NCBI GenBank assembly: GCA_000004985.1
Contig: GG739043.1
Source of the DNA: Naegleria gruberi
Taxonomy: Eukaryota
Reading direction: 5' to 3' (one strand)
Length of the DNA stretch: 37,049 nucleotides
How positions within the stretch are numbered: the stretch's first letter is position 1; each line of letters begins with the position of its first letter. Made by a program: the position numbers and the translations under genes. Positions 20,301-32,300 of this stretch are shown here, in pieces. The notes beneath the pieces are model-generated. The model was not told the origin of the DNA, did no database searches, and worked only from the letters and a program-made list of their open reading frames with translations.

Positions 20301-23300
20301 NNNNNNNNNNNNNNNNNNNNNNNNNNNNNNNNNNNNNNNNNNNNNNNNNNNNNNNNNNNNNNNNNNNNNNNNNNNNNNNNNNNNNNNNNNNNNNNNNNNN
20401 NNNNNNNNNNNNNNNNNNNNNNNNNNNNNNNNNNNNNNNNNNNNNNNNNNNNNNNNNNNNNNNNNNNNNNNNNNNNNNNNNNNNNNNNNNNNNNNNNNNN
20501 NNNNNNNNNNNNNNNNNNNNNNNNNNNNNNNNNNNNNNNNNNNNNNNNNNNNNNNNNNNNNNNNNNNNNNNNNNNNNNNNNNNNNNNNNNNNNNNNNNNN
20601 NNNNNNNNNNNNNNNNNNNNNNNNNNNNNNNNNNNNNNNNNNNNNNNNNNNNNNNNNNNNNNNNNNNNNNNNNNNNNNNNNNNNNNNNNNNNNNNNNNNN
20701 NNNNNNNNNNNNNNNNNNNNNNNNNNNNNNNNNNNNNNNNNNNNNNNNNNNNNNNNNNNNNNNNNNNNNNNNNNNNNNNNNNNNNNNNNNNNNNNNNNNN
20801 NNNNNNNNNNNNNNNNNNNNNNNNNNNNNNNNNNNNNNNNNNNNNNNNNNNNNNNNNNNNNNNNNNNNNNNNNNNNNNNNNNNNNNNNNNNNNNNNNNNN
20901 NNNNNNNNNNNNNNNNNNNNNNNNNNNNNNNNNNNNNNNNNNNNNNNNNNNNNNNNNNNNNNNNNNNNNNNNNNNNNNNNNNNNNNNNNNNNNNNNNNNN
21001 NNNNNNNNNNNNNNNNNNNNNNNNNNNNNNNNNNNNNNNNNNNNNNNNNNNNNNNNNNNNNNNNNNNNNNNNNNNNNNNNNNNNNNNNNNNNNNNNNNNN
21101 NNNNNNNNNNNNNNNNNNNNNNNNNNNNNNNNNNNNNNNNNNNNNNNNNNNNNNNNNNNNNNNNNNNNNNNNNNNNNNNNNNNNNNNNNNNNNNNNNNNN
21201 NNNNNNNNNNNNNNNNNNNNNNNNNNNNNNNNNNNNNNNNNNNNNNNNNNNNNNNNNNNNNNNNNNNNNNNNNNNNNNNNNNNNNNNNNNNNNNNNNNNN
21301 NNNNNNNNNNNNNNNNNNNNNNNNNNNNNNNNNNNNNNNNNNNNNNNNNNNNNNNNNNNNNNNNNNNNNNNNNNNNNNNNNNNNNNNNNNNNNNNNNNNN
21401 NNNNNNNNNNNNNNNNNNNNNNNNNNNNNNNNNNNNNNNNNNNNNNNNNNNNNNNNNNNNNNNNNNNNNNNNNNNNNNNNNNNNNNNNNNNNNNNNNNNN
21501 NNNNNNNNNNNNNNNNNNNNNNNNNNNNNNNNNNNNNNNNNNNNNNNNNNNNNNNNNNNNNNNNNNNNNNNNNNNNNNNNNNNNNNNNNNNNNNNNNNNN
21601 NNNNNNNNNNNNNNNNNNNNNNNNNNNNNNNNNNNNNNNNNNNNNNNNNNNNNNNNNNNNNNNNNNNNNNNNNNNNNNNNNNNNNNNNNNNNNNNNNNNN
21701 NNNNNNNNNNNNNNNNNNNNNNNNNNNNNNNNNNNNNNNNNNNNNNNNNNNNNNNNNNNNNNNNNNNNNNNNNNNNNNNNNNNNNNNNNNNNNNNNNNNN
21801 NNNNNNNNNNNNNNNNNNNNNNNNNNNNNNNNNNNNNNNNNNNNNNNNNNNNNNNNNNNNNNNNNNNNNNNNNNNNNNNNNNNNNNNNNNNNNNNNNNNN
21901 NNNNNNNNNNNNNNNNNNNNNNNNNNNNNNNNNNNNNNNNNNNNNNNNNNNNNNNNNNNNNNNNNNNNNNNNNNNNNNNNNNNNNNNNNNNNNNNNNNNN
22001 NNNNNNNNNNNNNNNNNNNNNNNNNNNNNNNNNNNNNNNNNNNNNNNNNNNNNNNNNNNNNNNNNNNNNNNNNNNNNNNNNNNNNNNNNNNNNNNNNNNN
22101 NNNNNNNNNNNNNNNNNNNNNNNNNNNNNNNNNNNNNNNNNNNNNNNNNNNNNNNNNNNNNNNNNNNNNNNNNNNNNNNNNNNNNNNNNNNNNNNNNNNN
22201 NNNNNNNNNNNNNNNNNNNNNNNNNNNNNNNNNNNNNNNNNNNNNNNNNNNNNNNNNNNNNNNNNNNNNNNNNNNNNNNNNNNNNNNNNNNNNNNNNNNN
22301 NNNNNNNNNNNNNNNNNNNNNNNNNNNNNNNNNNNNNNNNNNNNNNNNNNNNNNNNNNNNNNNNNNNNNNNNNNNNNNNNNNNNNNNNNNNNNNNNNNNN
22401 NNNNNNNNNNNNNNNNNNNNNNNNNNNNNNNNNNNNNNNNNNNNNNNNNNNNNNNNNNNNNNNNNNNNNNNNNNNNNNNNNNNNNNNNNNNNNNNNNNNN
22501 NNNNNNNNNNNNNNNNNNNNNNNNNNNNNNNNNNNNNNNNNNNNNNNNNNNNNNNNNNNNNNNNNNNNNNNNNNNNNNNNNNNNNNNNNNNNNNNNNNNN
22601 NNNNNNNNNNNNNNNNNNNNNNNNNNNNNNNNNNNNNNNNNNNNNNNNNNNNNNNNNNNNNNNNNNNNNNNNNNNNNNNNNNNNNNNNNNNNNNNNNNNN
22701 NNNNNNNNNNNNNNNNNNNNNNNNNNNNNNNNNNNNNNNNNNNNNNNNNNNNNNNNNNNNNNNNNNNNNNNNNNNNNNNNNNNNNNNNNNNNNNNNNNNN
22801 NNNNNNNNNNNNNNNNNNNNNNNNNNNNNNNNNNNNNNNNNNNNNNNNNNNNNNNNNNNNNNNNNNNNNNNNNNNNNNNNNNNNNNNNNNNNNNNNNNNN
22901 NNNNNNNNNNNNNNNNNNNNNNNNNNNNNNNNNNNNNNNNNNNNNNNNNNNNNNNNNNNNNNNNNNNNNNNNNNNNNNNNNNNNNNNNNNNNNNNNNNNN
23001 NNNNNNNNNNNNNNNNNNNNNNNNNNNNNNNNNNNNNNNNNNNNNNNNNNNNNNNNNNNNNNNNNNNNNNNNNNNNNNNNNNNNNNNNNNNNNNNNNNNN
23101 NNNNNNNNNNNNNNNNNNNNNNNNNNNNNNNNNNNNNNNNNNNNNNNNNNNNNNNNNNNNNNNNNNNNNNNNNNNNNNNNNNNNNNNNNNNNNNNNNNNN
23201 NNNNNNNNNNNNNNNNNNNNNNNNNNNNNNNNNNNNNNNNNNNNNNNNNNNNNNNNNNNNNNNNNNNNNNNNNNNNNNNNNNNNNNNNNNNNNNNNNNNN

Positions 23301-26300
23301 NNNNNNNNNNNNNNNNNNNNNNNNNNNNNNNNNNNNNNNNNNNNNNNNNNNNNNNNNNNNNNNNNNNNNNNNNNNNNNNNNNNNNNNNNNNNNNNNNNNN
23401 NNNNNNNNNNNNNNNNNNNNNNNNNNNNNNNNNNNNNNNNNNNNNNNNNNNNNNNNNNNNNNNNNNNNNNNNNNNNNNNNNNNNNNNNNNNNNNNNNNNN
23501 NNNNNNNNNNNNNNNNNNNNNNNNNNNNNNNNNNNNNNNNNNNNNNNNNNNNNNNNNNNNNNNNNNNNNNNNNNNNNNNNNNNNNNNNNNNNNNNNNNNN
23601 NNNNNNNNNNNNNNNNNNNNNNNNNNNNNNNNNNNNNNNNNNNNNNNNNNNNNNNNNNNNNNNNNNNNNNNNNNNNNNNNNNNNNNNNNNNNNNNNNNNN
23701 NNNNNNNNNNNNNNNNNNNNNNNNNNNNNNNNNNNNNNNNNNNNNNNNNNNNNNNNNNNNNNNNNNNNNNNNNNNNNNNNNNNNNNNNNNNNNNNNNNNN
23801 NNNNNNNNNNNNNNNNNNNNNNNNNNNNNNNNNNNNNNNNNNNNNNNNNNNNNNNNNNNNNNNNNNNNNNNNNNNNNNNNNNNNNNNNNNNNNNNNNNNN
23901 NNNNNNNNNNNNNNNNNNNNNNNNNNNNNNNNNNNNNNNNNNNNNNNNNNNNNNNNNNNNNNNNNNNNNNNNNNNNNNNNNNNNNNNNNNNNNNNNNNNN
24001 NNNNNNNNNNNNNNNNNNNNNNNNNNNNNNNNNNNNNNNNNNNNNNNNNNNNNNNNNNNNNNNNNNNNNNNNNNNNNNNNNNNNNNNNNNNNNNNNNNNN
24101 NNNNNNNNNNNNNNNNNNNNNNNNNNNNNNNNNNNNNNNNNNNNNNNNNNNNNNNNNNNNNNNNNNNNNNNNNNNNNNNNNNNNNNNNNNNNNNNNNNNN
24201 NNNNNNNNNNNNNNNNNNNNNNNNNNNNNNNNNNNNNNNNNNNNNNNNNNNNNNNNNNNNNNNNNNNNNNNNNNNNNNNNNNNNNNNNNNNNNNNNNNNN
24301 NNNNNNNNNNNNNNNNNNNNNNNNNNNNNNNNNNNNNNNNNNNNNNNNNNNNNNNNNNNNNNNNNNNNNNNNNNNNNNNNNNNNNNNNNNNNNNNNNNNN
24401 NNNNNNNNNNNNNNNNNNNNNNNNNNNNNNNNNNNNNNNNNNNNNNNNNNNNNNNNNNNNNNNNNNNNNNNNNNNNNNNNNNNNNNNNNNNNNNNNNNNN
24501 NNNNNNNNNNNNNNNNNNNNNNNNNNNNNNNNNNNNNNNNNNNNNNNNNNNNNNNNNNNNNNNNNNNNNNNNNNNNNNNNNNNNNNNNNNNNNNNNNNNN
24601 NNNNNNNNNNNNNNNNNNNNNNNNNNNNNNNNNNNNNNNNNNNNNNNNNNNNNNNNNNNNNNNNNNNNNNNNNNNNNNNNNNNNNNNNNNNNNNNNNNNN
24701 NNNNNNNNNNNNNNNNNNNNNNNNNNNNNNNNNNNNNNNNNNNNNNNNNNNNNNNNNNNNNNNNNNNNNNNNNNNNNNNNNNNNNNNNNNNNNNNNNNNN
24801 NNNNNNNNNNNNNNNNNNNNNNNNNNNNNNNNNNNNNNNNNNNNNNNNNNNNNNNNNNNNNNNNNNNNNNNNNNNNNNNNNNNNNNNNNNNNNNNNNNNN
24901 NNNNNNNNNNNNNNNNNNNNNNNNNNNNNNNNNNNNNNNNNNNNNNNNNNNNNNNNNNNNNNNNNNNNNNNNNNNNNNNNNNNNNNNNNNNNNNNNNNNN
25001 NNNNNNNNNNNNNNNNNNNNNNNNNNNNNNNNNNNNNNNNNNNNNNNNNNNNNNNNNNNNNNNNNNNNNNNNNNNNNNNNNNNNNNNNNNNNNNNNNNNN
25101 NNNNNNNNNNNNNNNNNNNNNNNNNNNNNNNNNNNNNNNNNNNNNNNNNNNNNNNNNNNNNNNNNNNNNNNNNNNNNNNNNNNNNNNNNNNNNNNNNNNN
25201 NNNNNNNNNNNNNNNNNNNNNNNNNNNNNNNNNNNNNNNNNNNNNNNNNNNNNNNNNNNNNNNNNNNNNNNNNNNNNNNNNNNNNNNNNNNNNNNNNNNN
25301 NNNNNNNNNNNNNNNNNNNNNNNNNNNNNNNNNNNNNNNNNNNNNNNNNNNNNNNNNNNNNNNNNNNNNNNNNNNNNNNNNNNNNNNNNNNNNNNNNNNN
25401 NNNNNNNNNNNNNNNNNNNNNNNNNNNNNNNNNNNNNNNNNNNNNNNNNNNNNNNNNNNNNNNNNNNNNNNNNNNNNNNNNNNNNNNNNNNNNNNNNNNN
25501 NNNNNNNNNNNNNNNNNNNNNNNNNNNNNNNNNNNNNNNNNNNNNNNNNNNNNNNNNNNNNNNNNNNNNNNNNNNNNNNNNNNNNNNNNNNNNNNNNNNN
25601 NNNNNNNNNNNNNNNNNNNNNNNNNNNNNNNNNNNNNNNNNNNNNNNNNNNNNNNNNNNNNNNNNNNNNNNNNNNNNNNNNNNNNNNNNNNNNNNNNNNN
25701 NNNNNNNNNNNNNNNNNNNNNNNNNNNNNNNNNNNNNNNNNNNNNNNNNNNNNNNNNNNNNNNNNNNNNNNNNNNNNNNNNNNNNNNNNNNNNNNNNNNN
25801 NNNNNNNNNNNNNNNNNNNNNNNNNNNNNNNNNNNNNNNNNNNNNNNNNNNNNNNNNNNNNNNNNNNNNNNNNNNNNNNNNNNNNNNNNNNNNNNNNNNN
25901 NNNNNNNNNNNNNNNNNNNNNNNNNNNNNNNNNNNNNNNNNNNNNNNNNNNNNNNNNNNNNNNNNNNNNNNNNNNNNNNNNNNNNNNNNNNNNNNNNNNN
26001 NNNNNNNNNNNNNNNNNNNNNNNNNNNNNNNNNNNNNNNNNNNNNNNNNNNNNNNNNNNNNNNNNNNNNNNNNNNNNNNNNNNNNNNNNNNNNNNNNNNN
26101 NNNNNNNNNNNNNNNNNNNNNNNNNNNNNNNNNNNNNNNNNNNNNNNNNNNNNNNNNNNNNNNNNNNNNNNNNNNNNNNNNNNNNNNNNNNNNNNNNNNN
26201 NNNNNNNNNNNNNNNNNNNNNNNNNNNNNNNNNNNNNNNNNNNNNNNNNNNNNNNNNNNNNNNNNNNNNNNNNNNNNNNNNNNNNNNNNNNNNNNNNNNN

Positions 26301-29300
26301 NNNNNNNNNNNNNNNNNNNNNNNNNNNNNNNNNNNNNNNNNNNNNNNNNNNNNNNNNNNNNNNNNNNNNNNNNNNNNNNNNNNNNNNNNNNNNNNNNNNN
26401 NNNNNNNNNNNNNNNNNNNNNNNNNNNNNNNNNNNNNNNNNNNNNNNNNNNNNNNNNNNNNNNNNNNNNNNNNNNNNNNNNNNNNNNNNNNNNNNNNNNN
26501 NNNNNNNNNNNNNNNNNNNNNNNNNNNNNNNNNNNNNNNNNNNNNNNNNNNNNNNNNNNNNNNNNNNNNNNNNNNNNNNNNNNNNNNNNNNNNNNNNNNN
26601 NNNNNNNNNNNNNNNNNNNNNNNNNNNNNNNNNNNNNNNNNNNNNNNNNNNNNNNNNNNNNNNNNNNNNNNNNNNNNNNNNNNNNNNNNNNNNNNNNNNN
26701 NNNNNNNNNNNNNNNNNNNNNNNNNNNNNNNNNNNNNNNNNNNNNNNNNNNNNNNNNNNNNNNNNNNNNNNNNNNNNNNNNNNNNNNNNNNNNNNNNNNN
26801 NNNNNNNNNNNNNNNNNNNNNNNNNNNNNNNNNNNNNNNNNNNNNNNNNNNNNNNNNNNNNNNNNNNNNNNNNNNNNNNNNNNNNNNNNNNNNNNNNNNN
26901 NNNNNNNNNNNNNNNNNNNNNNNNNNNNNNNNNNNNNNNNNNNNNNNNNNNNNNNNNNNNNNNNNNNNNNNNNNNNNNNNNNNNNNNNNNNNNNNNNNNN
27001 NNNNNNNNNNNNNNNNNNNNNNNNNNNNNNNNNNNNNNNNNNNNNNNNNNNNNNNNNNNNNNNNNNNNNNNNNNNNNNNNNNNNNNNNNNNNNNNNNNNN
27101 NNNNNNNNNNNNNNNNNNNNNNNNNNNNNNNNNNNNNNNNNNNNNNNNNNNNNNNNNNNNNNNNNNNNNNNNNNNNNNNNNNNNNNNNNNNNNNNNNNNN
27201 NNNNNNNNNNNNNNNNNNNNNNNNNNNNNNNNNNNNNNNNNNNNNNNNNNNNNNNNNNNNNNNNNNNNNNNNNNNNNNNNNNNNNNNNNNNNNNNNNNNN
27301 NNNNNNNNNNNNNNNNNNNNNNNNNNNNNNNNNNNNNNNNNNNNNNNNNNNNNNNNNNNNNNNNNNNNNNNNNNNNNNNNNNNNNNNNNNNNNNNNNNNN
27401 NNNNNNNNNNNNNNNNNNNNNNNNNNNNNNNNNNNNNNNNNNNNNNNNNNNNNNNNNNNNNNNNNNNNNNNNNNNNNNNNNNNNNNNNNNNNNNNNNNNN
27501 NNNNNNNNNNNNNNNNNNNNNNNNNNNNNNNNNNNNNNNNNNNNNNNNNNNNNNNNNNNNNNNNNNNNNNNNNNNNNNNNNNNNNNNNNNNNNNNNNNNN
27601 NNNNNNNNNNNNNNNNNNNNNNNNNNNNNNNNNNNNNNNNNNNNNNNNNNNNNNNNNNNNNNNNNNNNNNNNNNNNNNNNNNNNNNNNNNNNNNNNNNNN
27701 NNNNNNNNNNNNNNNNNNNNNNNNNNNNNNNNNNNNNNNNNNNNNNNNNNNNNNNNNNNNNNNNNNNNNNNNNNNNNNNNNNNNNNNNNNNNNNNNNNNN
27801 NNNNNNNNNNNNNNNNNNNNNNNNNNNNNNNNNNNNNNNNNNNNNNNNNNNNNNNNNNNNNNNNNNNNNNNNNNNNNNNNNNNNNNNNNNNNNNNNNNNN
27901 NNNNNNNNNNNNNNNNNNNNNNNNNNNNNNNNNNNNNNNNNNNNNNNNNNNNNNNNNNNNNNNNNNNNNNNNNNNNNNNNNNNNNNNNNNNNNNNNNNNN
28001 NNNNNNNNNNNNNNNNNNNNNNNNNNNNNNNNNNNNNNNNNNNNNNNNNNNNNNNNNNNNNNNNNNNNNNNNNNNNNNNNNNNNNNNNNNNNNNNNNNNN
28101 NNNNNNNNNNNNNNNNNNNNNNNNNNNNNNNNNNNNNNNNNNNNNNNNNNNNNNNNNNNNNNNNNNNNNNNNNNNNNNNNNNNNNNNNNNNNNNNNNNNN
28201 NNNNNNNNNNNNNNNNNNNNNNNNNNNNNNNNNNNNNNNNNNNNNNNNNNNNNNNNNNNNNNNNNNNNNNNNNNNNNNNNNNNNNNNNNNNNNNNNNNNN
28301 NNNNNNNNNNNNNNNNNNNNNNNNNNNNNNNNNNNNNNNNNNNNNNNNNNNNNNNNNNNNNNNNNNNNNNNNNNNNNNNNNNNNNNNNNNNNNNNNNNNN
28401 NNNNNNNNNNNNNNNNNNNNNNNNNNNNNNNNNNNNNNNNNNNNNNNNNNNNNNNNNNNNNNNNNNNNNNNNNNNNNNNNNNNNNNNNNNNNNNNNNNNN
28501 NNNNNNNNNNNNNNNNNNNNNNNNNNNNNNNNNNNNNNNNNNNNNNNNNNNNNNNNNNNNNNNNNNNNNNNNNNNNNNNNNNNNNNNNNNNNNNNNNNNN
28601 NNNNNNNNNNNNNNNNNNNNNNNNNNNNNNNNNNNNNNNNNNNNNNNNNNNNNNNNNNNNNNNNNNNNNNNNNNNNNNNNNNNNNNNNNNNNNNNNNNNN
28701 NNNNNNNNNNNNNNNNNNNNNNNNNNNNNNNNNNNNNNNNNNNNNNNNNNNNNNNNNNNNNNNNNNNNNNNNNNNNNNNNNNNNNNNNNNNNNNNNNNNN
28801 NNNNNNNNNNNNNNNNNNNNNNNNNNNNNNNNNNNNNNNNNNNNNNNNNNNNNNNNNNNNNNNNNNNNNNNNNNNNNNNNNNNNNNNNNNNNNNNNNNNN
28901 NNNNNNNNNNNNNNNNNNNNNNNNNNNNNNNNNNNNNNNNNNNNNNNNNNNNNNNNNNNNNNNNNNNNNNNNNNNNNNNNNNNNNNNNNNNNNNNNNNNN
29001 NNNNNNNNNNNNNNNNNNNNNNNNNNNNNNNNNNNNNNNNNNNNNNNNNNNNNNNNNNNNNNNNNNNNNNNNNNNNNNNNNNNNNNNNNNNNNNNNNNNN
29101 NNNNNNNNNNNNNNNNNNNNNNNNNNNNNNNNNNNNNNNNNNNNNNNNNNNNNNNNNNNNNNNNNNNNNNNNNNNNNNNNNNNNNNNNNNNNNNNNNNNN
29201 NNNNNNNNNNNNNNNNNNNNNNNNNNNNNNNNNNNNNNNNNNNNNNNNNNNNNNNNNNNNNNNNNNNNNNNNNNNNNNNNNNNNNNNNNNNNNNNNNNNN

Positions 29301-32300
29301 NNNNNNNNNNNNNNNNNNNNNNNNNNNNNNNNNNNNNNNNNNNNNNNNNNNNNNNNNNNNNNNNNNNNNNNNNNNNNNNNNNNNNNNNNNNNNNNNNNNN
29401 NNNNNNNNNNNNNNNNNNNNNNNNNNNNNNNNNNNNNNNNNNNNNNNNNNNNNNNNNNNNNNNNNNNNNNNNNNNNNNNNNNNNNNNNNNNNNNNNNNNN
29501 NNNNNNNNNNNNNNNNNNNNNNNNNNNNNNNNNNNNNNNNNNNNNNNNNNNNNNNNNNNNNNNNNNNNNNNNNNNNNNNNNNNNNNNNNNNNNNNNNNNN
29601 NNNNNNNNNNNNNNNNNNNNNNNNNNNNNNNNNNNNNNNNNNNNNNNNNNNNNNNNNNNNNNNNNNNNNNNNNNNNNNNNNNNNNNNNNNNNNNNNNNNN
29701 NNNNNNNNNNNNNNNNNNNNNNNNNNNNNNNNNNNNNNNNNNNNNNNNNNNNNNNNNNNNNNNNNNNNNNNNNNNNNNNNNNNNNNNNNNNNNNNNNNNN
29801 NNNNNNNNNNNNNNNNNNNNNNNNNNNNNNNNNNNNNNNNNNNNNNNNNNNNNNNNNNNNNNNNNNNNNNNNNNNNNNNNNNNNNNNNNNNNNNNNNNNN
29901 NNNNNNNNNNNNNNNNNNNNNNNNNNNNNNNNNNNNNNNNNNNNNNNNNNNNNNNNNNNNNNNNNNNNNNNNNNNNNNNNNNNNNNNNNNNNNNNNNNNN
30001 NNNNNNNNNNNNNNNNNNNNNNNNNNNNNNNNNNNNNNNNNNNNNNNNNNNNNNNNNNNNNNNNNNNNNNNNNNNNNNNNNNNNNNNNNNNNNNNNNNNN
30101 NNNNNNNNNNNNNNNNNNNNNNNNNNNNNNNNNNNNNNNNNNNNNNNNNNNNNNNNNNNNNNNNNNNNNNNNNNNNNNNNNNNNNNNNNNNNNNNNNNNN
30201 NNNNNNNNNNNNNNNNNNNNNNNNNNNNNNNNNNNNNNNNNNNNNNNNNNNNNNNNNNNNNNNNNNNNNNNNNNNNNNNNNNNNNNNNNNNNNNNNNNNN
30301 NNNNNNNNNNNNNNNNNNNNNNNNNNNNNNNNNNNNNNNNNNNNNNNNNNNNNNNNNNNNNNNNNNNNNNNNNNNNNNNNNNNNNNNNNNNNNNNNNNNN
30401 NNNNNNNNNNNNNNNNNNNNNNNNNNNNNNNNNNNNNNNNNNNNNNNNNNNNNNNNNNNNNNNNNNNNNNNNNNNNNNNNNNNNNNNNNNNNNNNNNNNN
30501 NNNNNNNNNNNNNNNNNNNNNNNNNNNNNNNNNNNNNNNNNNNNNNNNNNNNNNNNNNNNNNNNNNNNNNNNNNNNNNNNNNNNNNNNNNNNNNNNNNNN
30601 NNNNNNNNNNNNNNNNNNNNNNNNNNNNNNNNNNNNNNNNNNNNNNNNNNNNNNNNNNNNNNNNNNNNNNNNNNNNNNNNNNNNNNNNNNNNNNNNNNNN
30701 NNNNNNNNNNNNNNNNNNNNNNNNNNNNNNNNNNNNNNNNNNNNNNNNNNNNNNNNNNNNNNNNNNNNNNNNNNNNNNNNNNNNNNNNNNNNNNNNNNNN
30801 NNNNNNNNNNNNNNNNNNNNNNNNNNNNNNNNNNNNNNNNNNNNNNNNNNNNNNNNNNNNNNNNNNNNNNNNNNNNNNNNNNNNNNNNNNNNNNNNNNNN
30901 NNNNNNNNNNNNNNNNNNNNNNNNNNNNNNNNNNNNNNNNNNNNNNNNNNNNNNNNNNNNNNNNNNNNNNNNNNNNNNNNNNNNNNNNNNNNNNNNNNNN
31001 NNNNNNNNNNNNNNNNNNNNNNNNNNNNNNNNNNNNNNNNNNNNNNNNNNNNNNNNNNNNNNNNNNNNNNNNNNNNNNNNNNNNNNNNNNNNNNNNNNNN
31101 NNNNNNNNNNNNNNNNNNNNNNNNNNNNNNNNNNNNNNNNNNNNNNNNNNNNNNNNNNNNNNNNNNNNNNNNNNNNNNNNNNNNNNNNNNNNNNNNNNNN
31201 NNNNNNNNNNNNNNNNNNNNNNNNNNNNNNNNNNNNNNNNNNNNNNNNNNNNNNNNNNNNNNNNNNNNNNNNNNNNNNNNNNNNNNNNNNNNNNNNNNNN
31301 NNNNNNNNNNNNNNNNNNNNNNNNNNNNNNNNNNNNNNNNNNNNNNNNNNNNNNNNNNNNNNNNNNNNNNNNNNNNNNNNNNNNNNNNNNNNNNNNNNNN
31401 NNNNNNNNNNNNNNNNNNNNNNNNNNNNNNNNNNNNNNNNNNNNNNNNNNNNNNNNNNNNNNNNNNNNNNNNNNNNNNNNNNNNNNNNNNNNNNNNNNNN
31501 NNNNNNNNNNNNNNNNNNNNNNNNNNNNNNNNNNNNNNNNNNNNNNNNNNNNNNNNNNNNNNNNNNNNNNNNNNNNNNNNNNNNNNNNNNNNNNNNNNNN
31601 NNNNNNNNNNNNNNNNNNNNNNNNNNNNNNNNNNNNNNNNNNNNNNNNNNNNNNNNNNNNNNNNNNNNNNNNNNNNNNNNNNNNNNNNNNNNNNNNNNNN
31701 NNNNNNNNNNNNNNNNNNNNNNNNNNNNNNNNNNNNNNNNNNNNNNNNNNNNNNNNNNNNNNNNNNNNNNNNNNNNNNNNNNNNNNNNNNNNNNNNNNNN
31801 NNNNNNNNNNNNNNNNNNNNNNNNNNNNNNNNNNNNNNNNNNNNNNNNNNNNNNNNNNNNNNNNNNNNNNNNNNNNNNNNNNNNNNNNNNNNNNNNNNNN
31901 NNNNNNNNNNNNNNNNNNNNNNNNNNNNNNNNNNNNNNNNNNNNNNNNNNNNNNNNNNNNNNNNNNNNNNNNNNNNNNNNNNNNNNNNNNNNNNNNNNNN
32001 NNNNNNNNNNNNNNNNNNNNNNNNNNNNNNNNNNNNNNNNNNNNNNNNNNNNNNNNNNNNNNNNNNNNNNNNNNNNNNNNNNNNNNNNNNNNNNNNNNNN
32101 NNNNNNNNNNNNNNNNNNNNNNNNNNNNNNNNNNNNNNNNNNNNNNNNNNNNNNNNNNNNNNNNNNNNNNNNNNNNNNNNNNNNNNNNNNNNNNNNNNNN
32201 NNNNNNNNNNNNNNNNNNNNNNNNNNNNNNNNNNNNNNNNNNNNNNNNNNNNNNNNNNNNNNNNNNNNNNNNNNNNNNNNNNNNNNNNNNNNNNNNNNNN